Assembly (NCBI GenBank): GCA_964444755.1
Contig: CAYUIF010000016.1
Location: 5,902-69,901, forward strand
Origin: an uncultured Alphaproteobacteria bacterium
Lineage (GTDB): Bacteria; Electryoneota; RPQS01
Direction: 5' to 3'
Length of the DNA: 64,000 nucleotides
Shown here: positions 19,464 to 29,936 of the stretch, piece by piece
How the letters are laid out: each line of letters begins with the position of its first letter
Numbering within the stretch: the stretch's first letter is position 1
Notes under the pieces: model-generated
Seen by the model: only the letters and a program-made list of their open reading frames with translations
Database searches by the model: none
Told to the model about the DNA's origin: nothing
Position numbers and translations under genes: made by a program

Positions 19464-20789
19464 TCACTGCAGCAGCATGTTTACGGGATCGGACAATAGC
19501 GCCATTACGTCCAGTAAAAACCGCGCGACGTCGCCGCCGTCCACGATCCGATGATCCGCACTCAGCGATAGCGGCAGCACCTGGCCGGGAACGATTTGCC
19601 CGTTCTTTACCACCGGTTTTTCCATGATCCGCCCGATGCCCAGGATCGCAACTTCGGGATAATTGATAATCGGCACGCCGTAGGTTCCGGCAATCGAGCC
19701 GTAGTTCGTAATGCTGAATGTGCCGTCGCGGATTTCGCTCAGTTCCAACTTGCGCTCGCGTGCTCGCGCGGCATAATCGCTGATGATCCATGCCAGTTCG
19801 GCAATGCTGCGGCGATCCGCGTCTTTGATCACCGGCACGATCAACCCCTCCGGCGTATCCACCGCGATCCCCACGTTATAATAATTGTGATAGATCACGC
19901 GGTTGTGTTCGAGATCGAGGCGGCAGTTGAGCTTGCGGTTTTTCTTCAGCGATAACGCCACCGCCCGCACGATGAACGGCAGATACGAGAGATTCAGTCC
20001 GCGCTCCGCCATCGCCGCCTTTTGTTCGCGGCGCAGTTCCACCAGCTTTGAGATTTCCACCTCTTCATGCGCGGTCAGATGCGGCGCGGTGAACTTGGCT
20101 TGCGTCATGCGCGCCACGATGGTCTTGCGAATCTGCGAGAGTTCCTGGTATTCCACGCGTTCGCCGGACGAAGCGGGGAGGGGCGAGGGAATCGGTGCCG
20201 CCAGTACCGTGGAAGGTGTTAACGACGGTGCCGCCTTGCGCTGCGCCGCCTGCTGCACGTCTTCCTTCATCACCCGCCCGCCGGGACCCGTGCCTTTAAT
20301 CGTGCGAATGTCAATCCCCAGTTCCTTCGCCATACGCCGCGCCACCGGTGACGCCAATACGCGCCCGCCGTTGGTCGAAGCCACCCTCGGCGCGCTGTCT
20401 TCCATGCCTTCGCCGGTTGCGGGCAGGAACGCATCATCGTGCGCGACTTCGATCTGCCCGACTACGCCGTAGCCCTTTTCTTCCACCGGTTCCACGTGCG
20501 GCCGGGACGGCGCGGGTTTGCCCTGCGCCAGTTCGATCTCGTCGCCCTTGCCTTCCACTTCCAGTTCGGCCACCACGTCGCCGACATTGATCACCTGCCC
20601 GACCTTGCCGAACAGATTCTTCACCACGCCGCTGCGCGGCGACGGAATATCGGCCACCACTTTATCGGTCTCGACCTTCATCAGCGAATCGCCTTCCTTC
20701 ACGGTCTGGCCGCGCTTGACGTACCATTCCAGAATCTTGCCTTCGTGAATGCCTTCGCCGATATCGGGAAACTTGAAAACGAATACCAT
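19464..20789 (-). CDS. 2-oxoacid dehydrogenase E2 dihydrolipoamide acyltransferase
   Basis: Start reassigned to MVFVFKFPDIGEG (AGGAGAG RBS). Lipoyl domain (ETDKVVADIPSP). C-terminal catalytic domain with DHRIVDG motif. Confidence 0.85.
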   Translation of the reverse strand: MVFVFKFPDIGEGIHEGKILEWYVKRGQTVKEGDSLMKVETDKVVADIPSPRSGVVKNLFGKVGQVINVGDVVAELEVEGKGDEIELAQGKPAPSRPHVEPVEEKGYGVVGQIEVAHDDAFLPATGEGMEDSAPRVASTNGGRVLASPVARRMAKELGIDIRTIKGTGPGGRVMKEDVQQAAQRKAAPSLTPSTVLAAPIPSPLPASSGERVEYQELSQIRKTIVARMTQAKFTAPHLTAHEEVEISKLVELRREQKAAMAERGLNLSYLPFIVRAVALSLKKNRKLNCRLDLEHNRVIYHNYYNVGIAVDTPEGLIVPVIKDADRRSIAELAWIISDYAARARERKLELSEIRDGTFSITNYGSIAGTYGVPIINYPEVAILGIGRIMEKPVVKNGQIVPGQVLPLSLSADHRIVDGGDVARFLLDVMALLSDPVNMLLQ

Positions 20790-20799
20790 CGGTCCTCTC

Positions 20800-21777
20800 C
20801 TATGCCTCGAGGGCCTGCTTAATTGCGTAATACACCCGCTCCGGCGGGAAGAAATACAAGTCTTCACTCTTCGGCAGCGGCGGAATCGTGTCGTTGCCGG
20901 TGAGCCGTGCGGGGGGCGCTTCCAAGTGGTAGAACGCCTGCTCGCCCACGCGCGCGATAATCTCCGCCGCCACACCGAAACTCTGCGGCGCTTCGTGCAC
21001 CACCAGCAGCCGTCCGGTTTTCTTCACCGATTCCACAATCGCGGGCGTGTCCAACGGATAGATCGTCCGCAAGTCAATCAGCTCCGCCGAGATGCCGTCC
21101 TTCTTGGCTTCGGCAATGGCTTGCTGACAGGTGCGCACGACTGCGCCATAGGCGACGACCGTAATATCCGTGCCCTCTTGCAGCACGCGCGCCTTGCCAA
21201 TGGGAATGCGATACAATCCCTCCGGCACTTCCTGCTTGATGGCGCGATAAATCCGCTTCGGTTCGAGGAACAAGACCGGATCGTTGTCTTCGATCGCGCT
21301 GATCAGAAGCCCTTTAGCATCGTAGGGCGTGGACGGCATCACCACCTTCAAACCGGGAATGTGACCGTACACCGCTTCGAGACTGTCACTGTGCAATTCC
21401 AGCGCGCGCACGCCGCCACCGTTGGGAAAGCGCACCACCATCGGCATCGGCCGTTGGCCGCGCGTGCGATAGCGATAACGCGCCACGTGCGATACCAGTT
21501 GATTGAACGCCGGGTGCATGAAGCCGTCGAACTGGATTTCAATAACGGGCCGCAGTCCGGCAATCGCCATTCCCACCGCCGTGCCCATGATCGAAGATTC
21601 GGCCAAGGGCGAATCGAATACGCGCTGCGCGCCGTATTTTTTTTGCAGTCCGTCGGTGGCGCGAAACACGCCGCCTTCCACGCCCACGTCTTCGCCGAAG
21701 CACAACACTTTTTCGTCGTCGGCCAGTTTATTGTCGAGCGCCGAATTGACGGCTTGCACAAGGGTCATTACCGCCAT
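20800..21777 (-). CDS. 2-oxoacid dehydrogenase E1 component beta subunit
   Basis: 325 aa transketolase-like pyrimidine-binding and C-terminal domains. Confidence 0.9.
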   Translation of the reverse strand: MAVMTLVQAVNSALDNKLADDEKVLCFGEDVGVEGGVFRATDGLQKKYGAQRVFDSPLAESSIMGTAVGMAIAGLRPVIEIQFDGFMHPAFNQLVSHVARYRYRTRGQRPMPMVVRFPNGGGVRALELHSDSLEAVYGHIPGLKVVMPSTPYDAKGLLISAIEDNDPVLFLEPKRIYRAIKQEVPEGLYRIPIGKARVLQEGTDITVVAYGAVVRTCQQAIAEAKKDGISAELIDLRTIYPLDTPAIVESVKKTGRLLVVHEAPQSFGVAAEIIARVGEQAFYHLEAPPARLTGNDTIPPLPKSEDLYFFPPERVYYAIKQALEA

Positions 21778-22935
21778 TTACCGGCCCTCCTTCCACTTCA
21801 GAAAACTCTTCAGCGCGTCGCCTTGCTGCACGAGTTCCGGCACCGGCTGTTCGTAAACGTGAGACATGATTTCATCGGGGGAGTTGACCGGCCATTTCTC
21901 GGCTTCGGCAAAGGCGGCGTCGGCTTGCGCTTGTGCCTCAGTCCGCACTTGCTCTTCCAGCTTATCATTCCACAAGCCTTTGGATTCGAGATATTTTTTG
22001 ATACGCAATAGCGGATCCCGCGTCTTCCACAATTCTTCTTCGGCGGATGGGCGATATTTGGAAGGATCGTCGGAGGTCGTGTGTGCGCCCATGCGGTAGG
22101 TTTCGCCTTCGATGAGCACCGGCCCGTTCCCCCCCCGTGCGTAGTCTACCGCTTCCTTCGTGGCGCGATAAACCGCCAGCAGATCGTTACCGTCCACTTG
22201 AATGCCGGGCATGCCGTAGGCGATGGCTTTTTGGGCGATAGTCTTCGATTTGGTTTGCTCGGCACGGGGATGGGAGATCGCGTATTGATTGTTGTTGCAG
22301 AAGAACACTACCGGGCACTGGAAGACCGCCGCCCAGTTCAAGGCTTCATGGAAATCGCCTTCCGAAGTACCGCCGTCGCCGAAATAGGTAATGACCACAT
22401 CTTTTTTATTCTGATAATTCAGCGCGTGGGCGATTCCGGCGGCGTGCAGCAATTGCGAAGAAATCGGCACCGAGGTCGGCAGCACGTTCACGCCGGGGGG
22501 ATAGACATTCCCGTATTCATTGCCGCCGAAGTAGATATACACCCGTTCCAGCGGCACGCCGCGCACCAGCCATGCTCCCAGTTCGCGATAGGCGGGCGCC
22601 ATCCAGTCGTTTTTCTCTAATGCAATCGCGCTGCCCACCGCGCAGGCTTCCTGTCCCATGCTGGGCGGCAGCGTATACAAGCGGCCTTGCCGTTGCAGCG
22701 AGACCGCTTTCTGATCGGCCAGCCGCGCCAGAATCATCATGCGATAGGCATGCACCAGTTGCTCGTCGGAGAGCTTGGGCATCCAATCGGCGCCGACGAT
22801 CTGGCCGTGTTCGTTTAAAATTTCCAGCCGCTTCCCGGCCAGCGGATCAAACGCCGCAAACAGCGCGTTATCCGGGGCGGATTTCGCAGCTTTTTTAGTC
22901 GGGGAAGCCGTCTTTTGTCCAGCCGGAAGGCTCAT
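21778..22935 (-). CDS. 2-oxoacid dehydrogenase E1 component alpha subunit (TPP-dependent)
   Basis: TPP-binding GDGGTSEGDFHEALNWA motif, 385 aa. Substrate (pyruvate, acetoin or branched-chain) is undetermined. Confidence 0.9.
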   Translation of the reverse strand: MSLPAGQKTASPTKKAAKSAPDNALFAAFDPLAGKRLEILNEHGQIVGADWMPKLSDEQLVHAYRMMILARLADQKAVSLQRQGRLYTLPPSMGQEACAVGSAIALEKNDWMAPAYRELGAWLVRGVPLERVYIYFGGNEYGNVYPPGVNVLPTSVPISSQLLHAAGIAHALNYQNKKDVVITYFGDGGTSEGDFHEALNWAAVFQCPVVFFCNNNQYAISHPRAEQTKSKTIAQKAIAYGMPGIQVDGNDLLAVYRATKEAVDYARGGNGPVLIEGETYRMGAHTTSDDPSKYRPSAEEELWKTRDPLLRIKKYLESKGLWNDKLEEQVRTEAQAQADAAFAEAEKWPVNSPDEIMSHVYEQPVPELVQQGDALKSFLKWKEGR

Positions 22936-22999
22936 AGATCATTCCTTCAGTTGCTTGGTTCCGGGGAAAGCTTGAACGTCATCGTAGCAAGTGTTTCAG

Positions 23000-23235
23000 T
23001 TCGCGTGTCATCCTGAGCGAAGCGAAGGATCCCTTACGAGGGTCGGGATTCTTCAGCCTGTTTCCACAGGCTTCAGAATGACACTGATCGCCGTGGCGGG
23101 TCTGTGACCCGACCGGCGAAATTCGGGTCTCCCTCCGCTTCAGCGGGGACACGAAAGGGGGGGAGCGTCCTCGCTCCGCCGGAATCCTTTCGCCGTTGTC
23201 GGTTTCCTGACCGGCAATGGCAGCCAAAACACCCG
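23000..23235. repeat. Mosaic intergenic hairpin-repeat cluster (locus 1)
   Basis: Contains module gtcatcctgagcgaagcgaaggatc and gccgtggcgggtctgtgacccg...gggtctccctccgcttcagcggggacacgaaagggggg units. These recur with ~85-90% identity at 24135, 38410, 40081 and 49440. Confidence 0.75.
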
Positions 23236-23496
23236 CTCCCTATAATACGCCCAAACAGGGAGGATTCTCCAGAATATAACAACGAAATATAAGGATTTGA
23301 CCGATTTTGGGAAAGCTGAATTGTGGATTTTCAGAGGAAAATTTTAGTCGGGGGCAAGATTTCACAGTGATAACACAAATAATATCAGGATTCTTGAAAA
23401 AATCCCCAGAATCAGTGTGAATAATGCTATCGAATGCCTCTCCGAATGCCTCTCTAAGTCATTCTAATCTTTAATGATCAGAAAGTTCAGAATGGC

Positions 23497-24012
23497 TTAT
23501 TCGAGGGTTTCCGCCGCTTCCACATAGAGATTGTAAGTACGACGGTCAAAGCACACAAACACGACTTTTTCGAACGATTCATGGGATTGCAGGAATTCGC
23601 GGGCTTCGCGCAGGGCGATACGGCAGGCCAGTTCCACGGGAAAACCGTAGGCTCCCGTGCTGATGGAGGGGAAGGCGATGGAATGCAGAGAGTATTCAAT
23701 GGCGAGACGGAAGCTGTTGCGGTAGCATTCGGCCAACAATGCGGTTTCGCCGCCATGTCCGCCGTGCCAGATCGGACCGACGGTGTGGATCACGAACTTG
23801 GCAGGCAGCTTGTATCCGGCGGTGATTTTCGCTTGACCGGTGGCGCAGCCGTTTAGCGTGCGGCATTCGTCCAGCAATTCGGGACCGGCCACGCGGTGGA
23901 TCGCGCCGTCCACGCCGCCGCCGCCCAGCAAGCTGTTATTCGCGGCATTTACGATGGCATCTACGGCTTGTTTGGTAATATCGCCTTGGATAATCGTGAT
24001 CCGTGAATCCAT
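23497..24012 (-). CDS. Macro domain protein (O-acetyl-ADP-ribose deacetylase, YmdB-like)
   Basis: [30 protein letters not shown] macro-domain signature. Start reassigned to [13 protein letters not shown] with AAGGAG RBS. Confidence 0.8.
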   Translation of the reverse strand: MDSRITIIQGDITKQAVDAIVNAANNSLLGGGGVDGAIHRVAGPELLDECRTLNGCATGQAKITAGYKLPAKFVIHTVGPIWHGGHGGETALLAECYRNSFRLAIEYSLHSIAFPSISTGAYGFPVELACRIALREAREFLQSHESFEKVVFVCFDRRTYNLYVEAAETLE

Positions 24013-24134
24013 GACTCCTTGTCCGTATTTGATGAGGGTTTCTCCTCCCAAAATAAAATATGAGATCAGAGAGTCAAGTCAACGGTAACGATGAGCGAGA
24101 AACGATGAGCGAAGACAGAGAACCATGCGTTTGA

Positions 24135-24535
24135 TCGCCGCGGCAGGCTCGCAGCCTGCCCGGCTTGCCGCGCACTGCCGCTTGTCATCCTGAACGAAGT
24201 GAAGGATCTCTCTTTCGTCGCCGTGGCGGGTGTGTCACCCGCCCGGCGGAAGGCGGGTCTCCCCCTGCTTTAGCGGGGGGACGGAAGGGGGGAGATAGTC
24301 GCCGAGCAGGATCCCCAGACCCTGCCGGAATCTTGTAGCGCCCAGCTTGCTGGGCTTTTTCACCGAGCGGGGTTTGTCTCCCCCTACTTCAGTGGGGGGA
24401 CAGAAGGGGGGCACATTTCGGCGGGCGGTAGGGGCGGATTGAACGCAGTGGAACCCGCCCGTTCTTGTAGGGGCACCGCGGGCTGTGCCCTTTAGTTACG
24501 TCCGGGTTGCGCTGCGCTTAACCACGGCTCGGCGG
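24135..24535. repeat. Mosaic intergenic hairpin-repeat cluster (locus 2)
   Basis: Series of 25-40 nt palindromic modules (ggcaggctcgcagcctgcc; gtcatcctgaacgaagtgaaggatc; ggcgggtgtgtcacccgcc; gtaggggcggattgaacgcagtggaacccgccc; gtaggggcaccgcgggctgtgccc; ccgggttgcgctgcgcttaaccacggctcggcg) shared with other loci. Confidence 0.8.
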
Positions 24536-24541
24536 AGATTG

Positions 24542-25453
24542 CTATTCGCGGTCCTTGATTTTCTCCAGCAACATATGGCGTATTCGCTGATATTCCTGTG
24601 TGTCATTCAGAGAGTCTCCATATGCCGGAATGGTCTGCACCTTCCCGTACAGTCTGTAACTGGAATCCAATAACTGAATGGCCCGTTCATATTGCCCCAA
24701 CCCATTTGCACCACGCCTCGCGTAGTTAATAACATTGAATGAGATATATCCATGCGCTATAAGCGAATCAGCCAGCTCAAGCGTACGCAAATTGTCTGCG
24801 GATTGCGCTGCTTCCCACAAATAGGACTCGCGGGCTTGTTGTCGGTCCTCCTCGGAACATGGAGCGATCACCGAGATAACCATCGGACGAGGTTCATTGC
24901 CCTTGAGCGAGTTATATCCCGACATTGCAGGGGCGCTGTTGAGGTCTCCCCATTCCGTTCCGCGCCAATGAGCCCAAAAGCACAACCGCTGTCCGGCTAC
25001 TGCCTCGGGCAATGTATACGTAAATCGAATTTGCGGGTTTCGATCCGCTCCACGCGGTTCCTGACCGGTTTTACGCCAACGGTTTTCTCGGGCGCCCTGC
25101 ACCCAGGTATGATAAATCTGCAAATGGAGGAGATCAGGAAGCGCAGGATCCATGAGACAAGTCTCTGACAATGAATCCCAATGACCAATCTCAATTTCCA
25201 GTCCTTGCGGCCATGAAAAGTACTCTCCGCGATAGACGAATTCTTCCGGATTTCTCTTCTTTCGACGTACCTCAAGCACTAATTCTGCCATCGCACCAGT
25301 TACGTAGGTTGGAACATAGTGGTGATCACCCAGTGCGTACTCGGTTTCTCCGCAGTAGAAAATGAGACCTCCTGCTTCCATATGAAAATTCACATCGGCA
25401 GCGCTGGCCCATCCGACGAAGCAGAATACACAGATCCATAAAATAGTTCGCAT
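24542..25453 (-). CDS. Hypothetical secreted protein (signal peptide), lower GC than surroundings
   Basis: 303 aa ORF with N-terminal hydrophobic signal (MRTILWICVFCFVGWASA). No recognisable domain. GC ~50% versus ~60% genome background. Confidence 0.45.
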   Translation of the reverse strand: MRTILWICVFCFVGWASAADVNFHMEAGGLIFYCGETEYALGDHHYVPTYVTGAMAELVLEVRRKKRNPEEFVYRGEYFSWPQGLEIEIGHWDSLSETCLMDPALPDLLHLQIYHTWVQGARENRWRKTGQEPRGADRNPQIRFTYTLPEAVAGQRLCFWAHWRGTEWGDLNSAPAMSGYNSLKGNEPRPMVISVIAPCSEEDRQQARESYLWEAAQSADNLRTLELADSLIAHGYISFNVINYARRGANGLGQYERAIQLLDSSYRLYGKVQTIPAYGDSLNDTQEYQRIRHMLLEKIKDRE

Positions 25454-25479
25454 GAGAATATCCTATAATTGGTTTTTTC

Positions 25480-25585
25480 GTAGGGGCAACGCGACCGTGT
25501 CATATTATTCCGGCCGGGTTGTGCTGGGCTTAACCGCGGCTCGGCAGGGTGGTAGGGGCGGGTCTAAGACCCGCCCGATCGGCCC
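25480..25585. repeat. Mosaic intergenic hairpin-repeat cluster (locus 3, short)
   Basis: gtaggggcaacgcgaccgtg..ccggccgggttgtgctgggcttaaccgcggctcggcagg..gtaggggcgggtctaagacccgcccg. Contains the ccgggttgcgc..cttaacc.cggctcggc module seen at 24455, 40340 (inverted) and 49700. Confidence 0.7.
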
Positions 25586-25595
25586 AAAAAACCTC

Positions 25596-25624
25596 TTGAC
25601 ATTTTGTTCAAATTGTTGTATATT
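25596..25624 (+). promoter_or_regulatory. Canonical sigma70-type promoter (TTGACA-17-TATATT) with no obvious downstream CDS
   Basis: TTGACA at 25596..25601, 17-nt spacer, TATATT at 25619..25624. Downstream 25630..25990 is AT-rich (~38% GC) and lacks a convincing ORF. Confidence 0.45.
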
Positions 25625-25974
25625 ACACACAAATCACGGTCGCCTCAGCACTTACTGTTATCAACAACTCAAGTAATTGTTATTATGCATTCAATGAGTT
25701 ATCCACACATGAGAACCCCATCCAAACCACTCATCATGTTGAGTCCTTTGACGAGTATTTACGGCTTCTCGAATTTCCGAACATCGCTTTTGGCCAACAG
25801 TATCCCGAATCCTAATTTTTCGGAATTTGGGACGGATGGTGCCGCCCAGTTCGTATCACCGGGTGCTTGTGTAGAGCATTCGTCAAATCGTTTGGAGGTT
25901 AGACATTCTAAGAATATAAGAAGAAAAAGAAAGAAGAAATATTATTCGAATAATTTCTTCTATCCCTCGTTTTT

Positions 25975-26012
25975 CGAAGAAAAAAACGGGGCACAGCAAA
26001 CTGCGCCCCGCT
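25975..26012 (-). terminator. Rho-independent terminator of S8 protease gene
   Basis: On minus strand: CGGGGCGCagtttgctGTGCCCCG hairpin followed by TTTTTTT. Confidence 0.7.
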
Positions 26013-26035
26013 CAACTGGCAATGATAAGAAATCG

Positions 26036-29000
26036 CTACTTCACCAGCAGCATCTTTTGCGTAGCCGTGTACCGGGGCGAGACCATGCGGCACAAGTAGA
26101 GTCCCGAAGCCACGCTCCGTCCCGCGTCGTCGGTGCTGTTCCAGAGGAACTGATACCGTCCGGCGGTCATCGTTCCGGAATGCAGCGTGCGCACGAGCCG
26201 CCCCGTAACATCGAACACTTCCAATCGAATATCGGCGGTCTCCGGCACATCGAACCGGATCGCCGTTGTCGGGTTGAACGGATTGGGCTGATTGGGATAC
26301 AGCGCGAATTTATCCGGCAGATTGGACTGACGATCCGTCACCGGCAAATCAATCACCACCGTCAGCGGATCGGAGAAATCCGAATGCCCGAAGCGGTAAA
26401 GCGCGCTCACCGTGTATTCCAGTTCCGTGCTGTCGGGCTGCGGTTCATCCACGAAAAACGTATCGGTGATCATGTCCGCGATGAGAACGCCGTCACGAAA
26501 CACCGCATAGCGAATCGGCTGCGGCGGCGCGAAACTGGCCACCGATTCCGGACGATACCACCGCAGCGTGACCGCGCCTTCATACTGCGACGCGCTGAGA
26601 TCGTGGGGCGGATCGAGCCGCCACGCATGAATATCGAAATCGAGCAGATCGTGTTCCGCCAACGGCATCTGATCGGCCCGCCACATTTCGTAGCCGTCCA
26701 GCACCAGCACTGCACTGACCAGGCCCGCCGCCACCGAATCGTCTACGAAGGTCATGCCTTCCGAGGGAATTACCCGCCCGCCCGCATAGAGAATCGCTTC
26801 ATCGAGATCCGGCGGCATCGGATGCGCATAACACACGGCGGTCAGCAAGCCCACTCCCGTCGGCTGTCCGGTGGTAAAGCGGATCGCGGAACCGCTCGTA
26901 ATCGGCCACGCCGTTTCGGCCAGACTGTCCGAATACAATAACTCGATTCCGGTGGTTTGATTCGGCGACTCGATGCCCATCGTGCAGCGCGATGTGTACG
27001 GCAAATCACCGTAGATGAACAGAATATCGCAATCACCGGTGGCGGTGGGATAGAAGGCCGGATCGAGCAATTGCACTTGCCAGTTCAGCAGCATGCCGCT
27101 GGGAGCAATCAACCGCTGATTGATGAATTCCAGAATCCACCGTCCGTGCTCGCGATCAAACCAGGTGAACTGCTCGGCGCCCAATCCGGTGCGCATGTTG
27201 CCCCAGAACGGCGCAATGATTCCCGAGGGTTCGAACGACGATGGAATGGGCCGGTACTGCGACGCCCCCTCCAGATGGATTCCCGGCAGCATCCAGCCAT
27301 TGGCATTCACCGTCAGCGTATCATCTGCCGCGCCGTAGAACGAAATCGGGAACGGCGTGCGCAGGAATATGGCGGAGTCGGGATGGGGGAACTCAAACGG
27401 TTCACCCGATCCGCCCCAGAGCGGATCAATCTCCGTCCACGTCACGGACCGCGGATCACCGTCATAGCGGTCATAAGCGCGGTAGCCGTAGGCATCCGGC
27501 CCCGTCGGCTCCGCCATCGCCGTATAGAGAATGATCTCCGCCAACGTGGTATCGCCGCTCTGAACCGTGAGCAACGTATCGTCCGTCAAGATCAGCGGCG
27601 GAATCAGATCGGCGGCGTATTGAATCGTCACGGCATATTGCGTCGCGGGAATCGCTTGGACAAATCGCCCGTTGGCGTCCGTCGTCAGCGTATCCAGCGG
27701 CGTGTCTTCAAAGACCACTTTCGCTCCCGGCAAGATCATCCCGCTGTTGAACCGCACCGTGCCCTTGACCACGCCTTGCGGCGCCACGGCCAGCATCGCG
27801 TTCAGCGTAACCGTATCGCTTTCCTCGATCTCGATATCGGGCACAAGATCCGTTTCGTAACCGAACTTGCTGAAGCGGACCGAATACAAACCCTCCTGCA
27901 CGAAGATCGAATAGGCGCCGGATGAATCGGTCGTGCCGGCATAATCTCCCGGAGTCAGCGTAACGTTTGCCCCCGCCAACGGTGAACCGCCGGTTTGGGT
28001 GACAACGCCTTCCAGCCGTCCGGCATTCATCACCATCATCACCGCGTCATAGGCATTCAGAAAACCGAAGCCGTACGAGTTGTCTTCACCCACCGGCAGA
28101 TAGCCGCTGTCAATCGCCGTGGTCATCAACGCTTCCTTGATGGTTTGCGGATCGCAATCCGGGCACGCCTGCCGCATGAGCGCGACCACTCCCGACACGT
28201 GCGGCCCGGCCATGGAGGTTCCGCTCCAGTCGGTTTGTTCGTATCCGCCGCCCGGTACGGACGAGTACACATCCACGCCCGGCGCGCAGATTTCCGGCTT
28301 GATCGCGGTTGGATCCGGCTCGCAGCCTGAAGGTCCGCGCGACGAAAAGCTGGCCAGATTGTAGGGCGGAGTCTGGTCATTGGTGGCGTCCACCGCTCCT
28401 ACCGCAAAAATCTGCCACGCATTCAACTCAAACGTCGCCGGCGACCTCAGCCCCTGCGATCCTTCATTCCCCGCCGACCAGATAATCACCGGACCGGCCG
28501 CTTCGCAATTGGTAATTACCGTGTTCCAGTTGTTGTAGCAGGGCGTGCCCACATGCCATTCCGTTACCCCCCAGGAATTCTGAATCACATCGGGAACGTC
28601 GTCCATCGTATTTTCGTTGCCGTCCGGATCAATCAACCATTGGAAGGCGGTAAAAATATCCTGAATAAAGGGATTGCCCACACCCTGATCGATGGGATTG
28701 GTGGCAATCCACTGGGCATCGGGCGCCGCGCCGACGGTAATCGTGTCGCCATTGACGCGAATCTCCCGCCCGCACATCGTGCCCATGGTATGCGTGCCGT
28801 GATCATTATTGTCCGACGGGAACGTTGAACTGCCGATCAGATCCAGCCAACATTCACTGGCGGGCGCGGTCGTTCCGCGCCACCGCCCGGCTAAGGCCGG
28901 ATGAGTGCCGGAAACCCCGGTATCCACACCGGCAATGAGCACGCCTTCACCCGTAATTCCCAATTCCTCGTTTACCCGCGTCGCTCCGGTTGCGCGTTGG

Positions 29001-29503
29001 CCGGGAGTCCTGGTGTGAGTATCCAGCGTATAGTTGGATTCTCGTCCTTCCGAGTCATAAGGCACCGGTTCGATCAGCTCCGCCTTAAAATTCGGACCGA
29101 TGGATTCCACCGCCGGATTTTCGGCCAACTCAATAACTGCCTTGGCGTTACCGTAGACGACCACCAGATTTTCAATCCAGTAGGCCGTATGACCTTCGAT
29201 AAATCCTTGTTTTTCAAGATCGTTAATTTGTGCGATAACCGGCCCCTGAGTCTCGGCAGCATTGGCGCGCAGGGCTTGAACCACTTGGCGGTGTCGCTCC
29301 GCCAGCGATGCTCGCTGAAGATGGAGTATTTGATCTAAAGCACGGATATCACGCGGATTGTGGAGTTTAATGATCGCGCTAAAGCGGGCGGTGTCAGCCG
29401 CTTGATTAAGCTGCACCAAAAACGCGGGATCGAATTCCGCACCGATGGCGGCAATCGTTGTGATTAGGCAAGCCAAAATGGCGGTTCGGACGCTGGATTT
29501 CAA
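26036..29503 (-). CDS. Subtilisin-like S8 serine protease with large C-terminal beta-sandwich extension and T9SS C-terminal sorting domain
   Basis: Catalytic triad motifs AGVDTGV / HGTHTMGTM / GTSMAGPHVSG. C-terminal YPNQPNPFNPTTAIRF...QKMLLVK. Likely TTG start at 29503 (GAGGAG RBS) giving signal peptide MKSSVRTAILACLITTIAAIGA. The ATG 27 nt upstream (29530) is the ORF-track start. Confidence 0.85.
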   Translation of the reverse strand: MKSSVRTAILACLITTIAAIGAEFDPAFLVQLNQAADTARFSAIIKLHNPRDIRALDQILHLQRASLAERHRQVVQALRANAAETQGPVIAQINDLEKQGFIEGHTAYWIENLVVVYGNAKAVIELAENPAVESIGPNFKAELIEPVPYDSEGRESNYTLDTHTRTPGQRATGATRVNEELGITGEGVLIAGVDTGVSGTHPALAGRWRGTTAPASECWLDLIGSSTFPSDNNDHGTHTMGTMCGREIRVNGDTITVGAAPDAQWIATNPIDQGVGNPFIQDIFTAFQWLIDPDGNENTMDDVPDVIQNSWGVTEWHVGTPCYNNWNTVITNCEAAGPVIIWSAGNEGSQGLRSPATFELNAWQIFAVGAVDATNDQTPPYNLASFSSRGPSGCEPDPTAIKPEICAPGVDVYSSVPGGGYEQTDWSGTSMAGPHVSGVVALMRQACPDCDPQTIKEALMTTAIDSGYLPVGEDNSYGFGFLNAYDAVMMVMNAGRLEGVVTQTGGSPLAGANVTLTPGDYAGTTDSSGAYSIFVQEGLYSVRFSKFGYETDLVPDIEIEESDTVTLNAMLAVAPQGVVKGTVRFNSGMILPGAKVVFEDTPLDTLTTDANGRFVQAIPATQYAVTIQYAADLIPPLILTDDTLLTVQSGDTTLAEIILYTAMAEPTGPDAYGYRAYDRYDGDPRSVTWTEIDPLWGGSGEPFEFPHPDSAIFLRTPFPISFYGAADDTLTVNANGWMLPGIHLEGASQYRPIPSSFEPSGIIAPFWGNMRTGLGAEQFTWFDREHGRWILEFINQRLIAPSGMLLNWQVQLLDPAFYPTATGDCDILFIYGDLPYTSRCTMGIESPNQTTGIELLYSDSLAETAWPITSGSAIRFTTGQPTGVGLLTAVCYAHPMPPDLDEAILYAGGRVIPSEGMTFVDDSVAAGLVSAVLVLDGYEMWRADQMPLAEHDLLDFDIHAWRLDPPHDLSASQYEGAVTLRWYRPESVASFAPPQPIRYAVFRDGVLIADMITDTFFVDEPQPDSTELEYTVSALYRFGHSDFSDPLTVVIDLPVTDRQSNLPDKFALYPNQPNPFNPTTAIRFDVPETADIRLEVFDVTGRLVRTLHSGTMTAGRYQFLWNSTDDAGRSVASGLYLCRMVSPRYTATQKMLLVK

Positions 29504-29936
29504 AGCAGGCTCCTCAGTACAAATGACCACTGATACACGGTTTCAATGGAATCAACAAAGCCAAGATATCCATTTCCACTCCAAGTCACAAGCCAAATCC
29601 CGGATTCCATCAAAACGGCATGGGTTCGTATTATTAATACTCCTTGATACCGATGGACTCTGAAACATACAATAATCGTTGGATTTTCCCGTTTTCAGAG
29701 GGGAGGCAGGGCTTCAGGAACCGGAAAATCGGCGAGGGTCAGTGGGGTAAGAAATCCTGAATTAAAGGTTTAACATTTCTTCGAGTGGCTTGACTTTTTT
29801 TATTTGTTAAGGAAAGCCCTTGCGGCACCGTAATATGCTTAGTATATTTATTGTCACTAATACGTTAAATCGAACAATTCGACTGTGTGAAAACGTAACT
29901 GCTCAAATCATTGTTTTGACAGGAGAGGAGAACGGA

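Noticed and set aside
25604-26941. 445-aa plus-strand ORF downstream of the orphan promoter
   Set aside because: Almost entirely antisense to the well-supported S8 protease gene. Low-complexity, Arg-rich translation and no RBS. Treated as non-coding.
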